From positions 22,330 through 86,329 of the forward strand of contig NW_003519425.1 of assembly GCF_000190715.1 (NCBI RefSeq): 64,000 bases of DNA, given 5' to 3'. This DNA is from Dictyostelium purpureum. Taxonomy: Eukaryota. The notes beneath the pieces were generated by a model, which saw nothing but the letters and a program-made list of their open reading frames with translations, ran no database searches and had not been told where the DNA came from. The position numbers were made by a program, and so were the translations under genes. Positions 46,925-58,225 of the stretch are shown here, piece by piece. Each line of letters opens with the position of its first letter. Within the stretch, counting starts at the first letter, position 1.

Positions 46925-48001
46925 TTATAATTTTCTTTTGATTTCTTCTTTCTTTTGTCTGTAAAGTGAATTGTCGATGTAGGCATTATGTCTTTGATGT
47001 AAACCATAGTAACCACCAAGTGTAGCTAAACCAGCAATAAGAGAGAATCTAGCCATTGGTGATGCAGTTGGGAAGAAGAATGATGATGCAACTGTACCAG
47101 AGACACCACCAATACCAGCCCAAATAGCACCATTTCTCTTGTTTAATGTACCGAGATCTTTCTTGATAAAGTTGTATTCATTTTCGATGGCATTGGCAGA
47201 TTCATCGAGGGTTTCACCAGCTTTCTTTTTGAGGAGGTTGGCTTTCTTGGTAGCATCAGTAGCGAGATCTTCATAGGTATCATATGCTTTGTTTTTGAAT
47301 TGATTTGCTTTCTTTGAGGCATCTTTAGTAAAGTCTTCATAGGTATCATAGGCTTTGTTTTTGATATCAACGGCTTTCTTTGAGGCATCTTTGGAGAAAT
47401 CTTCATATGTGTCAACTGCTTTATGTTTGATTTCTTCAGCTTTCTTTTTGGCATCTTCGCTAAATTTACTAAGGTCGTTCTTTAATTCAGATGTGTTCAT
47501 TTCAATATCTTTTCTGGTATCAGCAGCCATTCTCTTGGTGTTTTTATGGACGTCACCAACTAATTGATCACCCTTCTTGTAAGCTTCATTGACTAAACGT
47601 TGACCTTCTTCTGTAGTTTCTTCTTTTGCACCCTTGAAGAAAGATGAGATACCATCAATGATACCATGGCTTTCGGTTTCAGCTTCTTCTAATTTTTCAT
47701 TAACATTCTTCTTTAAATCGTCAATTGCCTTTTCTTCTGGATCAACGAATGCACTCTTGACTGAGTCAATACCGCTTGAGATATATTCTTGGACTGTATG
47801 GGCACCAGAAATTGCGCCTTCCTTAACTGATTCCCATGATGTGGTGGCTGACTCTTCAACATCTTTGTTTAAATCTTTAATATCTTCTTTGGCATTGTAT
47901 TTGAATTTTTCAGCTTCTAAATTTGCTTTATTCTTTAATTTTTCACCTTCGTGTGATAATGAATTGAAGTTTTCTTTAGCTTGTTGTTCTACTCTACCCA
48001 T
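46925..48001 (-). CDS. LEA-like / apolipoprotein-like repeat protein with a C-terminal Gly/Ala-rich hydrophobic anchor.
   Basis: Uninterrupted 358-aa ORF from ATG at complement 47999-48001. Three tandem ~22-aa repeats (KKAxxIKNKAYDTYEDFxKDASKKA). Lys/Glu-rich predicted amphipathic helices. C-terminal GAIWAGIGGVSGTVASSFFFPTASPMARFSLIAGLATLGGYYGL. Confidence 0.6.
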   Translation of the reverse strand: MGRVEQQAKENFNSLSHEGEKLKNKANLEAEKFKYNAKEDIKDLNKDVEESATTSWESVKEGAISGAHTVQEYISSGIDSVKSAFVDPEEKAIDDLKKNVNEKLEEAETESHGIIDGISSFFKGAKEETTEEGQRLVNEAYKKGDQLVGDVHKNTKRMAADTRKDIEMNTSELKNDLSKFSEDAKKKAEEIKHKAVDTYEDFSKDASKKAVDIKNKAYDTYEDFTKDASKKANQFKNKAYDTYEDLATDATKKANLLKKKAGETLDESANAIENEYNFIKKDLGTLNKRNGAIWAGIGGVSGTVASSFFFPTASPMARFSLIAGLATLGGYYGLHQRHNAYIDNSLYRQKKEEIKRKL

Positions 48002-48931
48002 TTTGTAAAATTTAATCTTGGTATATATTATTTAAAATTTTAAAAAAATAATTATAAAAAAAAAAAAATAAAAAAAAATAATTAATATTAAATCATTTTA
48101 AACTAAATAATAATAATATTTTAAAATATTATTTTTATTTCTATTATTTCTAAATACACTAATAAACTTACTTAATTTTTAAATATTTTTTTTTATAAGT
48201 TATATTATTTATTTATGTATATTACTTGTTATGAATTGAAAAAATGAATGTTGTTTTTTTTTTTTACTTAATTATTTATACTTTATCCCACATTGTTTTT
48301 TATTTTATTTTTTTTATTATTTTATTCTAAAAATGGAAATATGTTCATTTTCAAAATAATTATTTTTTTATTTTTTTATTTTTATTATTTTAATTTAATT
48401 TTTTTTTTAAAAATATTTTTTAAAAATATTTTTTTATTCCTAAAAAAGTTTAAAGATTAATCATTATTTAAATAATAATATTTTTAATATATTGGCTATT
48501 ATTTGAAGATGGTTTTTTTTAGTATTTAGTTAATTTAAATCATTACATAATCTTTTAATTTTAAAAAAAAATTCAAAAAAAAAAATAAAATATTTTTAAT
48601 TTAAAATTTTATTCATTGAAAAAAAAATAAATAAAAATAATAATAATTACATTTATTATAAAATTTATATTATTAATTATAATTAATCATTTAAATAATT
48701 AAATAATAGTAAGGCAACTTTAAAGAAAAAAAAAAATTAAAATAAAAAAATAATTTTCAAAATAAAATATTTTACAAATTTGTAAAAAATAAAATATACA
48801 AACTTATTTTTGATTATTAAATAAAAAGAAATGAAATAAAGAAATAAAGAAATAATATATATAAATTAAAAAATGGGTATTAATTATTTATTTTTTAAAA
48901 AAAAAAAAAGTTTAATTTTTTTTTTGTGAAT

Positions 48932-51392
48932 TTATAATAATTTTTCAAAATTAAAGTGGGCATTATCATTAACATTAACTAATTTAGAGAAGGAAACAAC
49001 TAAGTTACCTTCATTAAATTTCCAATCCCAACAGGTTGATTGTTTTGGTTCGCAACGATAAACGATTTTGTAATTTGGTACCATTTCAAGGAAAGCTTCC
49101 ATAACCATTTCATCAGCACAACGCTTGACAATATTTTCAGTAACAGCTTTAGTGACATCGGCAAAAGAATCACCAATACGAGCTTTGGATGAATCATCTA
49201 ATGATGGATAGATATCTTCGTAACAAGATTCTTCGATAGAAAAGTCAACTTTGGTGATATTCTTAACTTTTTCAAGGTACTCGGTGACTTTTTCTTGGTT
49301 TTCCTTTAAGTTGAGTTTAGCGGCTAACGAAAGAACACCTGGTACTGGTAAAATTTTAACGAAATCAAAGTGGGCATTATCGTTAATGTTAACAAGGTTC
49401 TTAAAGGTAAGATTTAAATCGCCACCATTAAAGTCCCAGCTCCAATAGGTGCCTTGTTTTTCATTTTTACGAATAACAAATTTAGCATTTGGAGTAGATT
49501 CCATAAAGGCTTCTAAAGTCTAAATAATATTAATAAAAAACATTATTGAATTAGTAACTATTTTAAATAAATCTTTATATTTTTTTTTTTTTTACATACC
49601 ATATCATTTTTACATCTCTTTTCAATATTATCGACTGAAGCTTTGATGATTTCAGAAAGGGTATCACCAATTCTAATTTTGGTAGTTTCATCAAATGTTG
49701 GGTAAATTTGTTCAATAGCTGACTCGTCATATGACCAATCGACGTTGGTAATTTTCTTCAATCTTTCGAATTGGGTATTAATTTTTTCTTGATTTTCTTT
49801 GATGTTTAATCTTGTGGCTAATGAGAATACACCTGGTACTGGTAAAACTTTAACAAAATCATAGTGAGCATTATCGTTAACGTTTACTAAACGACTGAAT
49901 GTGATAACTAAATCATTTGAAGGGAATGACCATGACCAATAATTCTTTTGTTTGGCATCAAATCTGAAAACAAATTTGGCATTTGCAGTTGCTTCAACGA
50001 AAGCTTCTAAAGTCTAAAATTTATTTTTAAAATATAAAAGTTAGTTTAAATTGTGATAAATAGCAATCACATAAACACTACTTACAGTTTCATCTTTACA
50101 TCTCTTTTCAATGTTGTCAACTGATACTTTAATAATTTCAGCAAAAGTGTCACCAAGTCTAGCTTTTGATGAATCATCAATAGTTGGGTAAATTTCTTCG
50201 AGGGATGACTCATCATATGACCAATCCATTGAGGTAATTTTTTTCATTCTTTCGTATTGGGTATTAATCTTTTCTTGATTTTCTTTGATATTTAATCTTG
50301 TGGCTAATGAGAATACACCTGGTACTGGTAAAACTTTAACAAAATCAAAATGGGCATTGTCGTTAACGTTTACTAAACGTGAAAAAGTAATAACTAAATC
50401 TGAATTTTGGAATGCCCAACTCCAGTAAGTTTTTTGTTTTGGATCGTTTCTAAAAACAATTTTACCATTTGAAGTTGCTTCTGAAAAAGCTTCACATGTC
50501 TAATGAACAGATAATAAAAATAAATCAGTATTAGTGGTGTTTAAAATTAAAAATTATAAAAACTAAAAAAAAAATACCTACAACTTCATCTTTACATCTT
50601 TTTTCAATGTTTTTAACCATAGCATCTAAAAGTTGTGATAAGGTATCACCATATGATTCTTTTGAACTATCGTCGATGGCTGGGTATGTGGCTTCGAGTG
50701 ATGATTCATCAAATGACCAATCTCTTCTGGTAATATCTTTTAATTTTTCAAAAGCTAAATCGAATTTTTCTTGATTGTTCTTTAAGTTTAATCTGGTGCC
50801 TAAAGAGTAGGTACCTTCAGATGGGATAATTTTGAATAATTTAAAGTGTGCAGCATCATTGATATTAGCGCAGTTTGATCTGAAAAGTAAATTGAGGTTA
50901 CCACCATCAAATTGATATTTCCAATATACAGTGTTCTTTGGGTCTGGGTTAATCATAACATTAACCATCTTGCTACAGTTGGCTTCGATTAAAGCCTCTC
51001 TTGTTAAATCATCTTTACATGCTTCAGCAATACATTTTGCAATATTTGGACTTAAATTTTTATAAAAAGTTTCACCCTAAACAATAGTAAAATTAAAAAT
51101 AAAATTAATTTTTAATTTTTATGTCAATTTAACAAACTATTAATTTATACATACAACATTTTTTTGGGTAGAGGCATCGAGTTTATCAAATAATGTATCC
51201 CTTTTAAAAAAATAAATTATAAAATTAATAAAAAAAAAAAGCTTTACAAAAAAAAATTAAATTAGTTTCTTACCAATCAAAGTTAATGGTCCATTCGACA
51301 CCAGCTAAAGAAGTTTTAATTGATTCCAAGGATTTGTTTAAATGTTCTTCATTGTCTCTTAAGGATTTACGGGCAGTTAATGGAAGTGGCAT
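48932..51392 (-). CDS. Modular protein (~691 aa) built from four tandem copies of one ~140-165 aa module. Six exons: complement(join(48932..49519,49600..50013,50086..50499,50582..51076,51155..51200,51274..51392)).
   Basis: Every module contains 'YWSW.F...L...F..LVNVNDNAHFDF.K.LPVPG..SLA.RLN.KENQEK' followed by 'DWS.DES..E.IYP..DDSSKAR.GD.F.....V.NIEKRCKDE.V'. Module exons are 495, 414, 414 and 588 nt, all joined by phase-0 introns (GTAGGT/GTAAGT/GTATGT ... tag|ACTTTAGAAGC). ATG at complement 51390-51392, then two small leader exons. Confidence 0.6.
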
Positions 51393-52236
51393 TTTTACTT
51401 TGAAAAAAGATTTAAATAATTATAAAAAGAGAAATAAATAATAATGATATTTGATACAAATGAAAATAAAAATGAAAATATAATGGAACCTAAATAACAA
51501 AATGTCTTTATTTTTTTTTTTACTAAAATCAATAATTTACTCAGAAATTAAAAAAAAAAAAAAAAAAATAAAATTTTTTAAAAATATCTGGCTGATCAAA
51601 TTTAAATATTTTTTTTTTTAATTTTTTTAACGCATACTGTCAAAAAAAAAATTTTAAATTTTTTCAAATTTTCAAGACTCGTCATTTTATTGTTTTAAGT
51701 GGGATATGATTTTTTATTTATTTTTATTTTTTTATTTATTTTTTATTTTTATTCACGTCACTTAAAAAAATGGATAATAAAAAATAAAATTCTTCATAAA
51801 CAAAAAATATGGTTTTTTTCTAAAAATAACAGAAAATTTATTGAGCTTTGTTTTTGAGAAAAAAAGAATAAAAACAGACATAATAAATTTGTTAATGTAT
51901 TGTGTGCTGGAAAAAAAAAAAAAAAAAAATATCTTTTTTCCAGCACAAACCACAACAATTATTTTTTTGGCACACGTCGTTGCATCATAATTTTAACGGC
52001 AATCAATGTGACTATTTATTTTCCAAAAATATAAATATCTAAAAAAAATAAAATGAAAATATAAATTTTTTTTAAATTTTATCAAATTTTTTATTACCAA
52101 ACCACTAAAAATTGTTTTTCTATTAATTTTATTGTTAATAAACCATAAATTTAACAATTAATAGTTTAGAAAAAATAAACTATTTAAAAAATTTCTTTTA
52201 TTTTCTATTTTTTATTTTCTTTTTTAAAATTTTTTT

Positions 52237-54996
52237 TTAATAGCCAGATCCGTCATCATCGCTGGTACCATCATCATCATCATCACTTATTATATCATTA
52301 TTGTTGTCATTTGCATTTGTATTTTCTTTATAATTAATAAAATTTATAAAATCAGAAGATAAACTTTTAAAATTATAAGTGTTAATTGATAGCCAATCTA
52401 TGTCTAAAGTATATCCATATTTGTCAGTTATTTGAATTTGAGAAAGTTTTTTAAAGTTTGGATTATTATGAAATACAGTAAAAATATCTGAAGCGGTTGA
52501 TGAGAGATTTGTTTGGGTGTACAATTTGAATGAAACAGTGTTTAAATTTTCTAAATTTTTAAAACACTCAAGTAAAATAGCCAAGCAGCCATCATAGAAT
52601 AACATTAGTTCCAAATATTTGATTCTTTTTTGTTTTTCTATATAAAGAATCTTGAAATTATCTGCAAAGGTATGGTTTATTCGATTTACAATAAGGGAGA
52701 ACCGAGAGAGTTTTGAAAGTTTACCGTCGTTGTAGATTCTAAAAAAGAGGTTCATATCAAAAGATAGTTCCTTGATCATTTTGGTGTTAATTCTATGCCC
52801 CAAGATGTAGTCACCTGTCAAAAAGAGTTCAATTTGATAGTGCTTACCTAACTCTTTTAACAACTTTACTGATTTCATAGCTTCCGTGAATGGACATTTG
52901 ATGATAATTCTCTTTAACGAAGGTACATTTAGGAAATTTTTTTTGTTTAAAATTTCTTTATTAATATGCCCAGTAATCTCTAATGTGTCCAATGATTTGA
53001 ATGCATCTAGAATATAAAATTCAGCTTTTATAACATTGTTAATTTTGATTTTTAACCATTTCACTGTCAAAGGCTTTATTATGGAGTGATTGCCCAATGA
53101 TTGAATCTCTAGTGAGTGGTAGTGGTAATAAATATCTAGAGGAACGAGCATTGATGAGTTCATTATATTTGATGTAATTTCGAATAGTTTTTTACTGACC
53201 AGTAATAGATTTAGTTTTTCGAATGAATATAATGAATTGTTATTAATTAAATTGAATATTATATTGGTTATTAAATAGTATGGTATTATAGGTGATCTAT
53301 CATTGGTTGCTTTTCGATTATTGCTACTGTCATTATTAAATGTTATTTTATTTCTGTATATTGCTAGACTGTTACATTCATCTGGAAAAACCGGTTTGAC
53401 GAATTGATCAATGGTGCTGATATGTAATATTGTTACTAAATGATTTAGTTTTTGATTTAAAAACTCTTTTAGTACTTTTGATTCTGCCAAATGCTGTTTA
53501 TTAAAAAATTTTGGTAATAGTAGCTCTAGTGTTGAGCTTCTCTTTAAATAATTGAATAGAGTTTCATATGAATGCTTTAAAATCTCTTTATCTTGAACCT
53601 GGTCTTCATTAATCTTGAATATATTTATTAGCCTTGGATATTCAGCCGCATCTAAGAGCTTTAAATATTTCTTGAGGTATACTGAGGTTGTTATATATCT
53701 TTCAATCTTGAGACCATTTATTAATTTGGTTACTAGATCTAAAGTTTCATTAATTGGTTCCTCCTTGAATAATATAACTATTTTTTTAATGATTAGTTTG
53801 CTTAATTCTTTTGACTCTATTTCATTTTGGTTTGGATCTTTTGATATCATAAAAAGATGTTCTATGATACTCAAAGCTGATTTAAAACAATTTTGATTAA
53901 AGCTACCATTCTCTAATAATGCTTGAATTATAAAGTTCATTTTTTCCATTACTTCCACATGAATATTGCTATCAATGTGGATATTCTCGTAAACGGTTTG
54001 GGTGTTTTTGAAATAATTGAAGACCAGTTGTTTAAAGTCTACTATAAAGGTATTGGTTTGAACTTTTTTACGGCCGCAACTAATAATCTTTAAATATAAC
54101 AGCTCTTTATCTTGGGCACTTCTATATTCATCTTGATTTATTAACTGAATTAAAAATCTAATCTCATCGATATAGTTTTCGAAATTATCTCTATTATATG
54201 CTGAAAATTCACTGCTTTCGAAAAACTCTATTATATCTTTGCTATATTTTTTATAATCTTCTGTACTCAAAATTTGTCTAAATGATAACATTGCAATTAA
54301 TAAACTGTTATAATAAAACTTGGTCTTATTGATTTCTTTTATAAAGTCAACTATAGCTTTGATAACTTTATTTGATAATTGCTATTTATAAATCAAATTA
54401 AAATATTAAAATATGTTGGTTTTTTGATATTGATTTAGTTATTTTATAATTAAATAATAAAACTTACAATTTTAAATTCAGTATCATCTAAATTGTTTAT
54501 ATTATTAAATATGAATTGAAAAAATGTTGAACCTTTCCAAAAAAATAACCAATTTGAATTTGATGATTCATTTAAATAAATTCTAATGAATTTTAAAATA
54601 ATAGATTCTATTTGTATATTTGAATAGTTGGTTTTAATAAAGTCTGGATATTTTAAAGCAATATTTTGTTCAAATTCGCTATATCTAATTTGTTTGGATG
54701 ATTCATTTGTTTTAAATTTATCTATAATTCTTAAGAAAAGCTTGGTTGGTGAGATGTTTCTAATGAATTATTTGTGATTATAAATAATATATACACATAC
54801 ATTTTTATATTTATTAATTGATTTTTATTAAGTTTTATTAAATTCCCATATAAATATAAATATTTCATTAGAAATTGAAATGATTTAAATGAGGTTTCAT
54901 TATTTTGTTGGTCTAATAATAAGGATGAACAGTATTCATCTATGTTTATAAGTGTGTTATAGCCGTCGTTCATTGGGGGATAAAAAAAAAAATGCA
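52237..54996 (-). CDS. Hypothetical protein (>800 aa) with an acidic C-terminal tail (DDDDDGTSDDDGSGY). At least three exons; 5' exon boundaries unresolved.
   Basis: Large 3' exon 52237..54381 preceded by acceptor tttataaatag. Middle exon ~54468..54740 ends at GTAAGT (54462-54467). 5' exon starts ATGCATTTTTTTTTTTATCCCCCAATGAACGACGGC at ~54996 and ends at a GTATGT donor near 54812. Confidence 0.45.
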
Positions 54997-55083
54997 TTTT
55001 TTTAAAAAATAAATTAAAAATAAAAAAAATAAAAAAAAAATTTAAATAAAATAAAAATTAAAAAAAAAAAAGAGAGATTTTAT

Positions 55084-55734
55084 TTAAAAATTTAAATAAC
55101 TTGGTTCAACGGTACTATCTATTAGCCATTTAATAATTTTACAATTTGGAATATCTTCCATTTTTTCATCTAGTAAATAATAAAAGAAATCACCATGTCC
55201 AACTACAGCAATATTTGATTCAGGTCTTGATAATAGGAGTTGTTTAAATTGTCTAATTCTTTCTAAAAATAAAGATTCTGATTCCCTGAATGGAGTTTTC
55301 ATAAACACTTTGTGTGTGTCTATAGAAAGATCGCTTTTAAGTTCTGGACAAAATTCAGGGATCCACCAACGCTCCTCTAGTGATTGAAAATCGAATTCAG
55401 GGTATTCCTTTTCTATAATGGATCTTTCTCTTCCATTATCATCACTGGTCATTAACACTTCCCTGTGTAATGGAGATACAATACATTTAATATTACTATT
55501 TGACTCTAATAATTTGCTTAAGCTTCTTTTGGTTGTTTCTAAAGCCCTAGTTAATGGTGATGTAATAACCAGTTCCACATCTTTTAAATGCTCCATAACA
55601 TGTTCTGATAATTGACTGGCTTGATTTTCTCCGACTTGTGTTAACCTTGCATCAAATAAATATGGATCCACTTTATTATCATAGGCTACATTAAAAGTTG
55701 ATTCACCATGTCTAATTAAATAAATTGTTTTCAT
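55084..55734 (-). CDS. Histidine phosphatase superfamily protein (phosphoglycerate-mutase-like branch).
   Basis: N-terminal catalytic LIRHGES(TFN) RHG motif, LTxxGxxQA, and the second His in VVGHGDFF. Single exon from ATG at complement 55732-55734. Confidence 0.75.
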   Translation of the reverse strand: MKTIYLIRHGESTFNVAYDNKVDPYLFDARLTQVGENQASQLSEHVMEHLKDVELVITSPLTRALETTKRSLSKLLESNSNIKCIVSPLHREVLMTSDDNGRERSIIEKEYPEFDFQSLEERWWIPEFCPELKSDLSIDTHKVFMKTPFRESESLFLERIRQFKQLLLSRPESNIAVVGHGDFFYYLLDEKMEDIPNCKIIKWLIDSTVEPSYLNF

Positions 55735-56291
55735 TATTTTATAAACTTTTTATATGTTATTATTTATTATTTGTTATTTATAAAAATGGATGTATTTATA
55801 ATTTTCATTTTTCTTTGATAAAAAATATTTATGGTTGTGAAAAAAAAAGATAATTTTGGAGAAAATGAGAAAAAAATAAAAAAAATAAAAAAATAGGTTT
55901 TATTTTTTTTTTAAATTTTCGAATTTTTATTTCATATGTTTTTCTTTGTTTTAAATTATTATACCGATTAGAAAAAATAATTTTATTCTAAAATTAAATT
56001 CTATAAAAAAATGGCGTAAATTATAAATAGTATCAATTTATACAATTTCAATTGGGGTAGTTAATAAAATTAAAATATTTTTTGGATTGAGGGTGTTAAA
56101 ATTAACTGTTTCTAATTTATTGATGTTTAAAAAAAATTTTAATTGGTAATTTATGAAGTTGTGTGTGGGGTGGGGTAAATAATTAATGATATTTTTTATT
56201 TATTTTTATTGTGTGGTAAAAAAAAAAAACAAAAAAACAAAAAACTAAATTTATTTGTTTTTTTTAAATAATTTTTTATCATTTTGTTAAA

Positions 56292-58169
56292 ATGAATAAA
56301 AGTAATAATATAAATAATAATAAAAATTATAGTTATATAAATAATAGAGATAATGAATATTTATTTAAAAAAATAATTAAAAATGTATATTTATGGAGTT
56401 TAATATCCAAATATTTAAAAATTTATAATATTTTTTATAAATGTAGAAAAATAAATGTATCAGATTTAGTAAATAAAGAAACTATAGAGTTTTATAATGA
56501 TGTGGAGCTAATAATACAAGATGATATAGATTTAGAAAAAATTACACCAGTAAATATAGAGTCTATGACATTGGACCTATCGGAATTTAGAAGTCAGAAA
56601 TCATCGATCTCCATACCAAGCTCCGTCAAATCTTTAGGAATCTTAAATAACAATGCTCAAAGAACGAATAACAGAGACTTTACAGATATTTTATCATTTT
56701 TATCAAATTTAAAAATAGAAACACTATCAATATCAAGTAAATACAACAACACATTAATTCAAATCAACCCAAATTTTTTCCCAAGCTCATTAACTGAACT
56801 AGATCTGTCATGCTTTGGCCTAGAAATAAAGAAAGGAACCTTACCCAACACACTAAGGAAATTAACATTTTCTAAAGCAAAAAATAATAGTATTGAAAAA
56901 GGATCATTACCACCCAGTTTAAAAGAATTAATTGTAAACGAATACAGCTCAAAATTAACTCAAAACTCAATGATCAAATTAAATATTGACCGCTTTCAAA
57001 CTATATTTCCAATCGAGAGTGGATATTTACCAGATGGCTTAGAGGTATTGAAATTAAATAACAACTTTTATGATGACTCTTTCAACATTCACAAGTTTTT
57101 CATCTTTCCAAGCAATCTTCAGTATTTAGAAATTAAACTTAAAAGTTTTAATTTTAAACTACCCTCATCTTTGAAAACCCTAATAATGGAAATGGACAAT
57201 GACAACCTAGAAATCTCCAGCGAAATGATACCCTATGGTCTCACTTCATTAGAATGCAACTTTTCAACTTTAAAAGATTCAGATGGTATTTCAATATTCC
57301 CAGACACATTAACATCATTGGTTTTCAAAAACAAACTATTTAACGAGAGATTAGAGCCTTCAAATCTACCACAAAACTTACTCTATTTAGAGTTTACCTA
57401 TCCATCTATATTTGACAATGGTTCTTTCAGCTTATCCAATCCCAAAACATTCCCACCATCTCTTACCTATATAGACTTTGGTAACTTTTTCAATCAAACC
57501 ATAGGTGCAAATGTACTACCCCCATTTTTAAACACCCTTATATTTGGAGACTTTTATGATCAAGAAATAGGTATCAATGTTCTTCCATCTAGTTTAAAGA
57601 TCCTAAAAATAGGCTACAACTTTTACCAAGATATTTTAACAGACTCTATTCCATTTAATTTAGAATTACTTGAAATTAGAAATAGAAACTATAAAAAACC
57701 AATTAAATTAAAAAACAGATACACACTGGTAGACCTATACAACTATTATAAGCAATTTGAACAATGCCCAGAAGAGCTCTACGTATACAAAGTACCATAC
57801 AACAACTACAACACATTAGTGGTACTATCATTAAAAAATAAAATAAATTTAGAGTATCTAGATCTAAAGGAACAGAAATATTACCAATATAATATCGAAG
57901 ATGATCTCCCAATAACATCTATTAAAACACTAGTATTAGGTATCAATTTTCAACAGACTATAGATTTAGAGCAATTCAATAACCTAGAAACTATTTATAT
58001 TAATGACTCCAATCCAAAAATCAATACAACCATTTACACCTCCAACATTGATAATAATGTAAATTATAATTTCTTTAATTTAAAATCAATAATAGTACCT
58101 GCCACCAATTTAAAATTTTTAGATAACATTGACAAAATATTTTACCAATATATTACCCTAACTAAATAA
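56292..58169 (+). CDS. FNIP-repeat protein (625 aa).
   Basis: Single ORF from ATG 56292. Tandem FNIP motifs (LTFSKAKNNSIEKGSLPPSLKELIV, LIFGDFYDQEIGINVLPSSLKILKIGYNFYQ). Confidence 0.7.
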   Translation: MNKSNNINNNKNYSYINNRDNEYLFKKIIKNVYLWSLISKYLKIYNIFYKCRKINVSDLVNKETIEFYNDVELIIQDDIDLEKITPVNIESMTLDLSEFRSQKSSISIPSSVKSLGILNNNAQRTNNRDFTDILSFLSNLKIETLSISSKYNNTLIQINPNFFPSSLTELDLSCFGLEIKKGTLPNTLRKLTFSKAKNNSIEKGSLPPSLKELIVNEYSSKLTQNSMIKLNIDRFQTIFPIESGYLPDGLEVLKLNNNFYDDSFNIHKFFIFPSNLQYLEIKLKSFNFKLPSSLKTLIMEMDNDNLEISSEMIPYGLTSLECNFSTLKDSDGISIFPDTLTSLVFKNKLFNERLEPSNLPQNLLYLEFTYPSIFDNGSFSLSNPKTFPPSLTYIDFGNFFNQTIGANVLPPFLNTLIFGDFYDQEIGINVLPSSLKILKIGYNFYQDILTDSIPFNLELLEIRNRNYKKPIKLKNRYTLVDLYNYYKQFEQCPEELYVYKVPYNNYNTLVVLSLKNKINLEYLDLKEQKYYQYNIEDDLPITSIKTLVLGINFQQTIDLEQFNNLETIYINDSNPKINTTIYTSNIDNNVNYNFFNLKSIIVPATNLKFLDNIDKIFYQYITLTK

Positions 58170-58225
58170 ATAAAAAAAGTGAATAAAGTATAGTTTAAAA
58201 AAAAAAGTTTTATTTTATTAAATAT

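Noticed and set aside
48932-50968. Reading 48932-49504, 49558-49761, 50041-50247 and 50531-50968 as four separate small genes
   Set aside because: Each begins immediately after a phase-0 ..tag|ACTTTAGAAGC acceptor and ends at a GT donor. The 'M' residues are internal or TTG. They are exons of one modular gene.
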